A stretch of 64,000 nucleotides of DNA from Eledone cirrhosa (GCA_964016885.1 OZ024742.1:4650001-4714000); one strand, 5' to 3'. Shown: positions 44,751 to 55,053, numbered from the stretch's first letter. Program-made: numbers and translations. Notes: a model not told the origin generated them from the sequence alone.

Positions 44751-45115
44751 AGGAGATATATCGAATCTGACATGAGAAGAACCATGAATCACAGCGAGAT
44801 ACAGCAGCAGTTTCCGCTATTACACCTGCGATTATGTTAAGTATAATTAATCAAACAGTAACATAGATGAGCCTCCACCTCTATTCTCCAAATTAATTAA
44901 TTAAACAATAACCTATTTTGTTAATAACCCACTGTTAGACATCTTCATTTCTGGCAAATCACCGCAGTCATTTGTATTTCAGGAATTCTGTTATAAATTC
45001 TTAGATGGAGTGGATACTGCTTGCTCAGAATTATAATTTTAAAAGCCACTCTTAACCACAATGAGATATTTAAGTAAATTACCGTGCGACCTGTTATTAT
45101 TATTTATACATTCAT

Positions 45116-45310
45116 ACAAGTGTAGTGGATTGGCAGTATCAGTAGAGCGTCAGACACCATGTTTTGTAGCATAGAGATATGGCCCTTTACGTTCTGAGTT
45201 CAAATCCCGCCGGCGTTAACTTTTCCCTTTCATCCTTACGGGGTCGATAAAATAAAGCATCAGTAATTCACGGAGGTAATTGCTGGCCTTGTACCTAAAG
45301 TAGAAACAAG
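45116..45310 (+). mobile_element. tRNA-derived SINE, full length, with 18-bp target-site duplication
   Basis: A-box-like TGGCAGTATCAGT and B-box GAGTTCAAATCCC, followed by the central motif TTTCATCCTTACGGGGTCGATAAAATAA shared with other copies in the window. The direct repeat TATTATTTATACATTCAT flanks it at 45098-45115 and 45311-45328. Confidence 0.88.
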
Positions 45311-46432
45311 TATTATTTATACATTCATTACTGGCACCCCATTGGTTACGACTATGAGTGTTCCAGTTGATGAGTGTTACAGATCTGCGTGCTGCAATAG
45401 TCGACCGAGGACTCTCGAGTTCGATCTTTGTCAACACCACACCACCGTCTCAAGGCATCGGGTGATTCAAGAAGAAGAAGATTACTTATCGGCGTCGTCG
45501 TTGTTATAGTTGTTGTAGAATGTTGTTGATAATAAATTGTATGCCACACATTGGATACTTATTGTAATAGTTAAACACTTTCAACGATGTTAAATTGTAT
45601 AAAGTATGTTTTGTTGAGACGACAATAGTTGAAGAAATTTCGTGATGAAAGATAATATGACACTTTATGTTGTTGTTGTGGAAGTATTTGGAAACATTTA
45701 GTGAGGAAAATAATATGAAACATATTGTGTTGGTCTAGCAAGACTTGGAGACTTTTGATAGGGATATAGCTAAATTATGTAGAATATATTGTGTTGGTCT
45801 AGAAATACTTGGAGATTATTGATGTAGACACCTCTGGCACCTGATATATATTTATCAAAGAACCATCGAGAAAACTCTATGCGTCACCAGAACCTTTAGG
45901 CATAGCAGCAGTATTTCCATCAAACCGCACTGTATTATATTAAATTTTAAAACGATACATTAAAGCTATATTATTATCCTTTCCTTATAAACTGTACCAC
46001 ATAATTATAAGTTGACACCACTTTATGTTTTGTACAACCACACGTAGTGGATAATATCTTCATCCGGAAGTTGAACCCGAACTGAAACTGAATCACTGCC
46101 ACAGTTTACACAGAATATCACCTCTCAGCATCACCTTTGGTTAGTCTTATAATATATCTTCTAGACAATATGTCTGTACAAACATTCATGTTAAGAAGTG
46201 TAAATATTGGTATAAATTCGTGATGCCCATTACGTTTTATAAACACGAAACGTTGTCAGATTTCTGTACACACAAATATAGCCAGTACGTCGTTAGTATC
46301 TTGCTAAGCAAAATAAAAATGGTATCTGTTGACTTTAGATTTGAAAAATATTACGTTTTTCTCCGATAATTTAGCACCAAATATTAAAGGCAATATTTTA
46401 TCTATTTCACATATTTACCAATAGATAATCTT

Positions 46433-46525
46433 ATACATACATACATACATACATACATACATACATACATACATACATACATACATACATACATACATAC
46501 ATACATACATACATACATACATACA
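46433..46525 (+). repeat. (TACA)n microsatellite, 5' flank of the LINE fragment
   Basis: Perfect ATAC/TACA run. Confidence 0.97.
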
Positions 46526-46961
46526 GTCCCGATAATAAAAACATTAAAAGCTACAACAATGTGGAAGACATCCATGTACATAATATGAAAGAGTACTGGT
46601 GGAATGTTCCAGTAAAAACCCCAATAAAATGCAGGCATAACAGACCAGATATTATGATATGGGACAGGGAGAAGAAAACATGCACAGTAGTGGAAATTAG
46701 CTGCCCAGCAGATGCCAATATAATATCAAAGATTAGTGAAAAGGAGAATATTTATGCAGAACTGATGAGAAATCTGCAGATACTCCACCCTGATTACACC
46801 TTCAGATTTATGCCTATGATTATTGGGGCACTGGGATATGCTAGTAACTGCCTCAATACAAATCTTGAGAAGCTAGGCTTCACAGGAACAGGAAGAACTC
46901 AACTAGTTAGGAAACTACAACAGTAAAAATATGTAAAACATTCCAAAAATGTTGCATCTAA
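46525..46961 (+). pseudogene. RLE endonuclease domain remnant (no true start; frameshifted C-terminus)
   Basis: ORF 46561-46926 extends upstream without a stop (SPDNKNIKSYNNVEDIH...). After ...RKLQ a shifted frame reads TVKICKTFQKCCI*, which looks like the original C-terminus following a small deletion. Confidence 0.75.
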
Positions 46962-47188
46962 TAACTGCATATACACATGTACAGATACAAAGCATATACA
47001 CATGCACACATACAACTCAAAACATACACATCCACACATACAATAACATTCATATCTACACATGCATGCATACATACATATCTACCTAATTGATGTTGCG
47101 TAAATTCCAATGAGAGAGTCTTGTGTCTATGTTAGAAACCTACTCTCTCTCTATTGGTAAAACTTTGTGAAATTATAAAACCAGAAGA
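46526..47188 (+). mobile_element. 5'-truncated non-LTR retrotransposon with a C-terminal restriction-like endonuclease (R4/Dong-like), plus 3' UTR
   Basis: The translation contains WWNVPVKT..HNRPDIMIWD..CTVVEISCP..KISEKENIY..PMIIGALG, the PD..(D/E)..K RLE signature. The frame is open back to the microsatellite junction. The 3' UTR ends ...CCAGAAGA directly into (ACAT)n. Confidence 0.85.
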
Positions 47189-47398
47189 ACATACATACAT
47201 ACATACATACATACATACATACATACATACATACATACATACACACATACATACATGCACACATGCATACATGTATTGATTCATACATACATGCATGCAT
47301 GCATACATACATACATACATACACACACAAATACATACATACATACATACATACATACATACATACATACATACATACATACATGCATGCATACATAC

Positions 47399-47429
<31 letters not shown>

Positions 47430-47439
47430 CATACATACA

Positions 47440-47468
<29 letters not shown>
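47189..47468 (+). repeat. Imperfect (ACAT)n microsatellite, 3' flank or tail of the LINE fragment
   Basis: ACAT runs interrupted by GCAT/ACAC variants. Confidence 0.95.
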
Positions 47469-47473
<5 letters not shown>

Positions 47474-47829
47474 GTCAGTCAACGCGTCAGTCGCATATTT
47501 TGGTGTGGGAGACTATTCATTAAATTTAAGATGAATACTACCTCCGACAGTAATGCCACAACTACTAGTCATGTTGAATAACTGGGTATTCTTCTAACTA
47601 TATCTACTGAAGACACCTTTTATTCGAATTCGTAGAGATATCCGACTAAATACATAATTCATTTTACAAGGATTTGCTACAAACAACATGACTGAACACA
47701 ACATCAACAACAACAACATTAAGGAAGTACCGAAAAAAAACAACGAAAAAGGTAAACAAAATGTATTCAGTTGTAGCTACAGAAGAAACCGAAATTATAA
47801 ATCGCATTTCTCTTGGAGTTGCGAAGTTA

Positions 47830-48103
47830 ATGTAAAACATTCCAAAAAATGTTGCATCTAATAACTGTATATACACATGTACAGATACAAAGCATCTACA
47901 CAAGCACACATACAGCTCAAAACATCCACATCCACACATACAATAACATCCATATCTACACATGCATGCATGCAGGCATGCATACATAATCTACCTAGTT
48001 GATGTTGTGTAAATTCCAATGAGAGAGTCTTGTGTCTATGTTAGAAACCGACTCTATTCGTAAAACTTTGTGAAATTATAAATCCAGATGAACATACATA
48101 CAT
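47830..48103 (+). mobile_element. Second, shorter 3'-end copy of the same RLE LINE
   Basis: Matches ~46931-47200 (TGTAAAACATTCCAAAAA...GAGAGAGTCTTGTGTCTATGTTAGAAACC...CTTTGTGAAATTATAAA) and ends in ACATACATACAT. Confidence 0.85.
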
Positions 48104-48524
48104 CAAATTTGGGTACAAACGAAAGAAAAGACCAATCGACACACAATGTGGAAGTTGAGAATATATTTTATCAATTTAACAGTTCTACATTTCCATCCTG
48201 TTTCGTGGCCGTAAATATGAGCAGCATTTCAGATACGATAAGAACAACTGGAATTTAAAATGGAGATAGAGGTAAACTGGCGTTTTAATAACACGTGATG
48301 TTTTCTTCGCTATGGCAACACTAGGTATTGAAACCTTGCCGTCAACAAGGTGGCGTCTGATTGTGCTGTAACAATAGCTCCAACAGAGTTGATAGGTTTT
48401 TGGTGGGGTGAAAGCGTTGCTATATAGTTAACCATATCCTAATGAAATTTGAAGTGTTAATGGTATTTGTGGTGGATAGTGTCTTGTAATGAGGGACAGG
48501 AAGATATTAAGCTATGTTTGTTGA

Positions 48525-48640
48525 TACATCGACCCCAGGGCTGGGTTGATACATTATTTATCGATCCAAAAGGAAAGAGCTGAAACGAATACCACAACGG
48601 ATTTTATATGATACTCTAATTTCTCTGAAAAATTCGTCGC
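48525..48640 (-). mobile_element. Degenerate SINE fragment
   Basis: ATCGACCCCAG...TTTATCGATCCAAAAGGA...GAAACGAATACCACAA resembles the copy at 60972-61110 with an internal deletion. Confidence 0.5.
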
Positions 48641-49499
48641 CATATTTGAATTGAAGAGAAATAAAAATCAGACGATTATTGTAGTTTGAATTTGAATAAA
48701 TATTCAGTGGAGACATCACTATGGCTATATTTAGTTAATTATTATCAAGAGAGTAAACCCTCTAGCAAATTCTCTCATTGACAAAAGATATAGAAACACT
48801 CAATAGAAATGAGGCTTTTATATTTTACAGTTGTATCTGAAACTGTGGCAGGCGGTTCTAGCTGTGATAGTGATGTCATCTTTATTTGACCTCTAGTAGA
48901 AACTCTGTGTGTAGCAATTGTCTGTCAAATATTTAACATCTTAAATGCATGACAGACAAGCAACATTTACCAACTTCAGTAGTAATTCATTTCTTTATTT
49001 ACGTCAAAACTATTTTTTATTTTAAAAAATCAATTTTGATTTCTGTCACGAACTCACACAATATTTTTAATTGATAATTAAGTTGATCAATTATTCATAT
49101 ACAAATACCTATTGATTTCTTTGATGTCTTAATTCGTTTAGTAAGAAATGATGATTTTGTTAACATTTCTAATTGAATTTCTGTTAAAGAATTGCTTAAT
49201 TTTCGGTTTATATATTTGTTAGAGTTTTTCTTTCAATACTAATTGAATGTTTGATTTTTTAACAACTCTTTTGATAGTTGTTGTTAAATATGGAATATAT
49301 CAATGTTTGCGCTGGAACAGCAAATGTTATTTGACATCAAACTCTGAACATACAGAGGTAAACGACTTGGCTTCATTTCTCTGTTGGAGATCCTTCATGA
49401 AAGAGCTAAGTAAAATAAATTAAGGATTTCCCAAACCAGGGGCTCAGAAGCTCTGAGGTCGCCCTGATTTCCTTGGTGTTAAACGGCGGCGAGTTAACC

Positions 49500-49670
49500 C
49501 TCAGTTACCGCTACTGCTTCTGGTATTATATGTCGTTGCTGCTGATGGCCTTCATTTCTTTTCAACTGAGTGGACTGTAGCAGCGTGAACTGATATGTCT
49601 TGCTCAAGAAAACAACACGCCACCCGCTCAGAAATCGAACACATGACCTTTATATTCGTGAGCTGGACAG
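49500..49670 (-). mobile_element. Degenerate SINE of a second family (CORE-SINE-like)
   Basis: CAACTGAGTGGACTGTAGCAGCGTGAA..TGTCTTGCTCAAGAAAACAACAC..GAAATCGAAC. The reverse strand gives a B-box-like GTTCGATTTC followed by a CORE-like TTGAGCAAGACA segment. Confidence 0.55.
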
Positions 49671-49865
49671 TAGATATCGCCTCGTTCTCTGTCCCAAGAT
49701 CAAATAAAGTGATATAGCATCGTTAAATCAATAAATTATTTCCCCAGCACCGAGTAAATATAGATTTAATCTGTTACAAGCATTTTAGTTAGATCCTCGA
49801 TTTGAGGATACCTTCGTCGCATGGAGTTGATTGAAACTCACAAACAAGGGAATCACTCCATCATC

Positions 49866-50470
49866 TTGTAATAATTTTCTACTTTTTGGCACAAGGCCAG
49901 CAATTATTCCAGTGTATTACTGTTACTTCATTTTATCGACCCCGTAAGGATGAAAGGCAAAGTTAACCTCGGCGGGATTTGAACTCAGACCATAAATGGC
50001 CGTAACTCTTTGCTGCAAGGCATGGCGTCAAACCATCTACCGAGACTGCTAATCCACCGCCCATCATCTTGTAATAATTGTTTCTACTTTTGGCACAAGG
50101 CCAGCAATTAATCCAGTGTATTACTGGTACTTTATTTTATCGACCCCGTAAGGATGAAAGGCAAAGTTAACCTCGGCGGATTTGAACTCAGAACGCAAAG
50201 GGCCATAACTATGCTGCAAAACATGGTGTCTGACCCTCTACCGATACTGCCAAACCACTGCCCTTGTAATAATTGTTTCTACTATTGGCACAAGGCCAGA
50301 AATTACCCAGTACATTACTGGTACTTTATTTTATCGACCCCGTAAGGATGAAAGGCAAAGTTAACCTCGGCGGGATTTGAACTCAGAATGGCAAGGGCCG
50401 TAACTCTATGCGTCAAAGCATGGCGTCCGACCCTCAACCGATACTGCCAATCCACTGCCCTTGTAATAAT
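49866..50470 (-). mobile_element. Head-to-tail trimer of the tRNA-derived SINE (units ~203, 195 and 197 bp)
   Basis: Three diverged copies of TTTTATCGACCCCGTAAGGATGAAAGGCAAAGTTAACCTCGGCGG..GATTTGAACTCAG, delimited by TTGTAATAAT at 49866, 50069, 50264 and 50461. Same family as 45116-45310. Confidence 0.9.
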
Positions 50471-50967
50471 GATGGCTGTAAAGTTATAACAAATTATCGG
50501 AGACTACAAGAAATAAAGGAAGGAGATAAAATCAAGAGAAATCTTGGGTGTAAGGAAGAGGTAGGAGAAAAAGGGCACCCACTCATTCCCCGCCCCTACA
50601 CAAAGACAGGATGGAATTATCATCATCATCGTTATTAGCACTGTAGTAATTACATTTACTGATGATTCAACCAGCTACGTTGTTGTTTTTGTGTTGTTGT
50701 CGTTGTTGGTGTTCTTATTTGTGTGTTGTTGAAGTTGTTGTTCTTCTTCTTCCACTTCTTCCTCTCCCCCTCCCCTACTCCTCCTACTCCGTCTTCTACT
50801 ACTACTACCACTTCCCATTATCATATTTGTTTATGTGTTATAACCGCCATTATAATTTACTAATGTATTCTTTGTCTTTGTCAGATGGGTTACTTCTGGA
50901 ACCAATTCTAAAGTCCCTACCACAGATGGCGCCTTCTTCACACCGTTAAAATTCCACACTGGCTTTC

Positions 50968-51122
<155 letters not shown>

Positions 51123-51196
51123 CTGATGGTAGCTAAGATGCTTCCATAGTCGGTATGCCGGTTGAGCACTCTATGCTCTTACAGAGCAGAGTATGA

Positions 51197-51566
51197 TATA
51201 ATATTAAACGAAAAATTAGTGATGCATCTGAACTCAATTTATTGTGTGTTACAATTGTTTCTCCGGCGGAGAGTTCGAGACGCCATCATTGTGTGGATCT
51301 GTCTGATTCTGGACCCGCAGGTTCGACGGACACGTCTAATGATTTCAGAGCATATTCTCTCACAGAGAATATTCTCTCACAGAGCATATTCTCTGTGAGA
51401 GAATATGCTCCGAAATCATTAGACGTGTCCGTCGAACCTCCGGGTCCTGAATCAAACAGATCCACACAATGATTGCGTCTCGAGCTGTCCGCCGGCGAAA
51501 CAATTGTAACACACAATAAATTGAGTTCAGTTGCATCACTGATTTTTCGTTTTATATTATACTGTA
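51197..51566. mobile_element. Foldback/MITE-like element with ~170-bp imperfect inverted arms
   Basis: The left arm TATAATATTAAACGAAAAATTAGTGATGCA...GAGCATATTCTCTCACAGAG is the reverse complement of the right arm CTCTGTGAGAGAATATGCTC...TGCATCACTGATTTTTCGTTTTATATTATA. The right end is ...ACTG|TA in a (TA)n tract. Confidence 0.8.
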
Positions 51567-51847
51567 TATATATATATATATAGATATACTGTGTATACAA
51601 TAGTTCAATAATGAAACAAATACGACAAGGTTTAGTAGTTAACGAATCCATTGTTTATGATCGATTCAGAGGGCAAAAACCAAAAGCAAGGAATCGATAT
51701 GTTGACTAATCTATAGCTACTAAGCAGTTCCATTCTTTTAATCTCGACAAAACACATCCATTCTACCCTCTACCGTCTATGGTTATAAGTCCTACCTTAA
51801 TTGGGCAGAACACGAACACACACACACACCCACGCACCCTCCCTGCC

Positions 51848-51849
<2 letters not shown>

Positions 51850-51919
<70 letters not shown>
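51850..51919. repeat. (AT)n microsatellite
   Basis: Perfect AT run. Confidence 0.97.
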
Positions 51920-51921
<2 letters not shown>

Positions 51922-51987
51922 GAGAGGAATAGTGTATATATTTTATCAAATGATTCTATGGACATAATTTATGATATATATGTATAT

Positions 51988-52105
51988 ATAGGAAAATGTT
52001 TGACCACGACGGCAGAGCTCAAGCCGTTTCGACGGCTATTTCTGAGTTCAGAAATAGCCGTCGAAACGGCTTGAGCTCTGCCGTCGGGGTCAAACATTTC
52101 CCTAT
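51988..52105. repeat. 118-bp near-perfect spacerless palindrome
   Basis: ATAGGAAAATGTTTGACCACGACGGCAGAGCTCAAGCCGTTTCGACGGCTATTTCTGAG | TTCAGAAATAGCCGTCGAAACGGCTTGAGCTCTGCCGTCGGGGTCAAACATTTCCCTAT. The centre is at 52046/52047, with about 3 mismatched pairs. Confidence 0.93.
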
Positions 52106-52324
52106 TACACACTCTACTACCCTAAGTATTGAGTACTCTGGTGCATTATGGTTCATCTGGTTCCTTACCACACCTCCTTCGTTATATATATATATATAAT
52201 GTAGGAGGTGAGTTTTATTGTAGCACAATAAAGCAATGCAAATATCGGATAAGTAGCACTCAACAGTTTATAGGACTGGAGTATAAATAATATAAAATCA
52301 AAAGATGGTTAAAAGAGTTCCATG

Positions 52325-52395
52325 TATTTTATTATGCGCATTTCAAAAACAAATATCATCATGGGATGATATTTGCGTTCTCATCAGATAAAATA
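52325..52395 (-). ncRNA. Minimal type I hammerhead ribozyme in the pLTR (intact core)
   Basis: The minus strand reads TATTTTAT-CTGATGA-GAACGCAAATATCATC(CCAT)GATGATATTTGTTTTT-GAAA-TGCGCA-TA-ATAAAATA. This gives an 8-bp stem I, a canonical core, a long stem II and a palindromic stem III. Confidence 0.9.
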
Positions 52396-53262
52396 GGGAG
52401 ACATGATATGAAGCTTAAAAGACACTTGCGAGCAGTGAAGTGTTAAATCAGCATATGAAAAATAAAATACGATGGATATATGAGATTGGGAAAAAAAAGG
52501 AAAGGAGGGGGGGGGGGGGAAGAGGTAAGGAAAAGGAAGAAAGAATATAATAAGAAAAAAATATATAATAATAAGGAAAGGATGACGGAGGAGGAGTATA
52601 AGAAGGAAGGATGAGAGCGGAGGAGAAAATGAGTGAGAGAGAGAAAGAGATAACCTTTAATACTGAGAAACACTGTCTCACAGAGAGAAATTTAAAAACC
52701 CGTTGTAAGGTAATACATAATACATAATTAAAAAAATTTAGAAATTAAAAGTTAATGAGGTTTGTGAATGGTGATGCTTATGATTAAAGAAAAAGGAATT
52801 AAGAATACTATTTATTTAAGGTTTATATATTAAAGGGTTTAATAATATGTACGAAAAGGAATTTATTAAAATGTATTAAAATAAAATGTATTAAGGAGAT
52901 AAGGTGAATGAAGAAAAGGTTAAATGAATTATGAACTTAGAGGAATTATTTAGGGTCTATGTTTGTTTATATGTATTGTAATAGGAAAAAGTAAATAATA
53001 GGTTTAATACGAGCACGGAAGGAGAGAAGAAAGAGGAAATTCAAGGAAGAAAAAATATATAACGTCAAAAAAAATATATATGTTTACAAAATTTACTAAT
53101 GGTAATATTAGTATATATTAAAAATAAAAATTTGTATGGCCGAGAATATAAGGAAAATGCTATAGTAAGTTATAATATGAATTAAGAAGTAATTGAGAAG
53201 TAAAAGTTGCATATTAAAGATTAGGAATTAAAAAAGAAAAAAGGATAAAAAAAGAAGAAAAA

Positions 53263-53740
53263 TGGGGGACCGCTAATGACATAGTATGAGTAAATTGTAT
53301 AATATAGTGAAATAAGGTAGAAAGATGGGTATATTTGTAAAAGATATAAAGCGTTTGAGAAAAGAAGATTTTAAACTAATTAGGTAGTAAGATATTAACT
53401 GTATACTTTATGGAAAGTTCATGGGATTTATGCAAGCAGAGCGAAAATAAATCCGTACGTCTATTTATTATAGAATTAAAATTAGAGATAATGGTAAATT
53501 AAGGGGACCGCTAACGCCATAGTATGAGTAAATTGTATAATATACTGAAATAAGGTAGAAAGATGGGTATATTTGTAAAAGATATAAAAGCGTTTGAGAA
53601 AAGAAGATTTTAAACTAATTAGGTAGTAAGATATTAGCTGTACACTTTATGAAAAGTTCTATGGGATTTATGCAAGCAGAGCGAAAATAAATCCGTGCGT
53701 CTATTTATTATAGAATTAAAATTAGAGATAATGGTAAATT
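53263..53740. repeat. ~240-bp tandem duplication inside PLE copy B (ORF end plus proximal 3' UTR)
   Basis: GGGGACCGCTAA...GAGATAATGGTAAATT occurs at 53263-53500 and 53501-53740 with scattered differences. Confidence 0.9.
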
Positions 53741-54720
53741 TCACCGCTAGGCAGAGATTACATGTTCTGGATAGGGAAGAATTCAGGTAAGGAGAGGCGT
53801 TGCAAACCTTCCTCCAAGAAATGTTGTAGTTAATATTTTTGTCCTTTAAGGACCATATGAGTTCTGAGAGTGCCGTGTTAGTTCTTTTAAGTTGGTATTT
53901 AAAAGAAGAATTGTGACTATAAAATCTTGCTTTAAAGGAGGTGGAAGTGGAACCAAAATAGGTAAAAGAATTAGTACCAGTTATAACCTTACATTCATAC
54001 ACTAAATTTTTATCAAGACATTGGTTACTCAGAGGACATTTAGTTCTAACAGGGCAATTGCAATTACGATTAGAGAAATTACCAGAGTTATTAACAAGTG
54101 ACCTAGTATTATTTATAGATGGAATTGAATTGGAGAAGTTATTTACGATAGGTGCTAAAGTTTTCTGATTTAGATTGGTGTTATGAACATTTGACAAAGT
54201 TACATTTGACGTCGTATTTAAATCTACGGAATCTAGCCTAGAGTTAACATTGACGTCGGGTATACTATTGCTATTATTATGACGCTCAGTGTTGGATGGA
54301 TATAATTTATTACTTAATAATTTATTATTATGTTTAGAGGTAATGTTAGAGATGTTGGAAGTGGTGGAATAAGAGAATTTAATTGTATGTTTGTTAAAGA
54401 TCTTACTATAAATATGCTAGGGAGGGAAGCATTTATCTAAGGCCCTAAGAAATAGTTTAGGAATATTACTAATAATAGATAGAGAAAAAGGAGCGTTATA
54501 CCAAATCATATTTTTATATCTAGGTCTTTTCTTTAAGTTATTGGAATGCTTATAACTAACTATATTATTATAAGTCCCTCGATGATTGGTTTCTTTACTG
54601 TATTTAATTTTGTCAGGATAACCGGCTCGGAAAAGCGCATTATTGTAATAATTGGCCTTAACGTCAAAGATAACTTTATTAGAAGATAGATTTGAGATTC
54701 TTTTTTCAACATTACTGACT
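53634..54720 (-). pseudogene. PLE polyprotein C-terminal remnant: linker, Cys cluster and GIY-YIG endonuclease
   Basis: ORF 53634-54197 contains NCNCPVRTKCPLSNQCL, LVYECKV...YFGST..FKARFYSH, LSELIW.LK and CNLCLAVK. The conserved Glu is Val here but E in copy A. Upstream DNA to 54720 is homologous to 58200-58727. Confidence 0.85.
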
Positions 54721-54952
54721 CATTTTCTCCTCCTCTCTCATCCTTCCTTCTTATACTCCTCCTCCGTCATCCTTTCCTTATTATTATTTTTTTTTTTATT
54801 ATTATATTCTTTCTTCCTCTTCCTTACCTTTTCCTTCCCCCTTCCTTTCCTTTTTTTCCCAATCTTATATATCCATCTTATGTTATTTTTGATATGTTGA
54901 TTTAACACTTCACTGCTCGCAAGTGTTTTTTAAGCTTCATATCATGTCTCCC

Positions 54953-55023
54953 TATTTCATCTGATGAGAACGCAAATATCATCCCATGATGATATTTGTT
55001 TTTGAAATGTGCATAATAAAATA
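54953..55023 (+). ncRNA. Minimal type I hammerhead ribozyme in the inverted pLTR
   Basis: TATTTCAT-CTGATGA-GAACGCAAATATCATC(CCAT)GATGATATTTGTTTTT-GAAA-TGTGCA-TA-ATAAAATA. The core is intact, with one stem I mismatch. Confidence 0.87.
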
Positions 55024-55049
55024 CATGAAACTCTTTTAACCATCTTTTG

Positions 55050-55053
<4 letters not shown>

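Noticed and set aside
45331-45549. Relatively GC-rich patch and overlapping short ORFs as a host exon
   Set aside because: No recognisable domain or clear splice context. The start resembles a fragment of an interspersed repeat, which cannot be confirmed without a search.
46402-47987. ORFs with MYVC/HTYI repeats
   Set aside because: They are translations of (ACAT)n microsatellite and LINE UTR, with no coding signal.
50154-50949. Short ORFs of 63-95 aa
   Set aside because: They overlap SINE copies and low-complexity trinucleotide tracts, with no recognisable domain.
51162-51651. Similar ORFs on opposite strands, and hammerhead-like bits (CTAATGA, GAAACAATTGTA)
   Set aside because: The mirror ORFs are a by-product of the inverted repeat, and the motif pieces cannot be assembled into a complete hammerhead topology.
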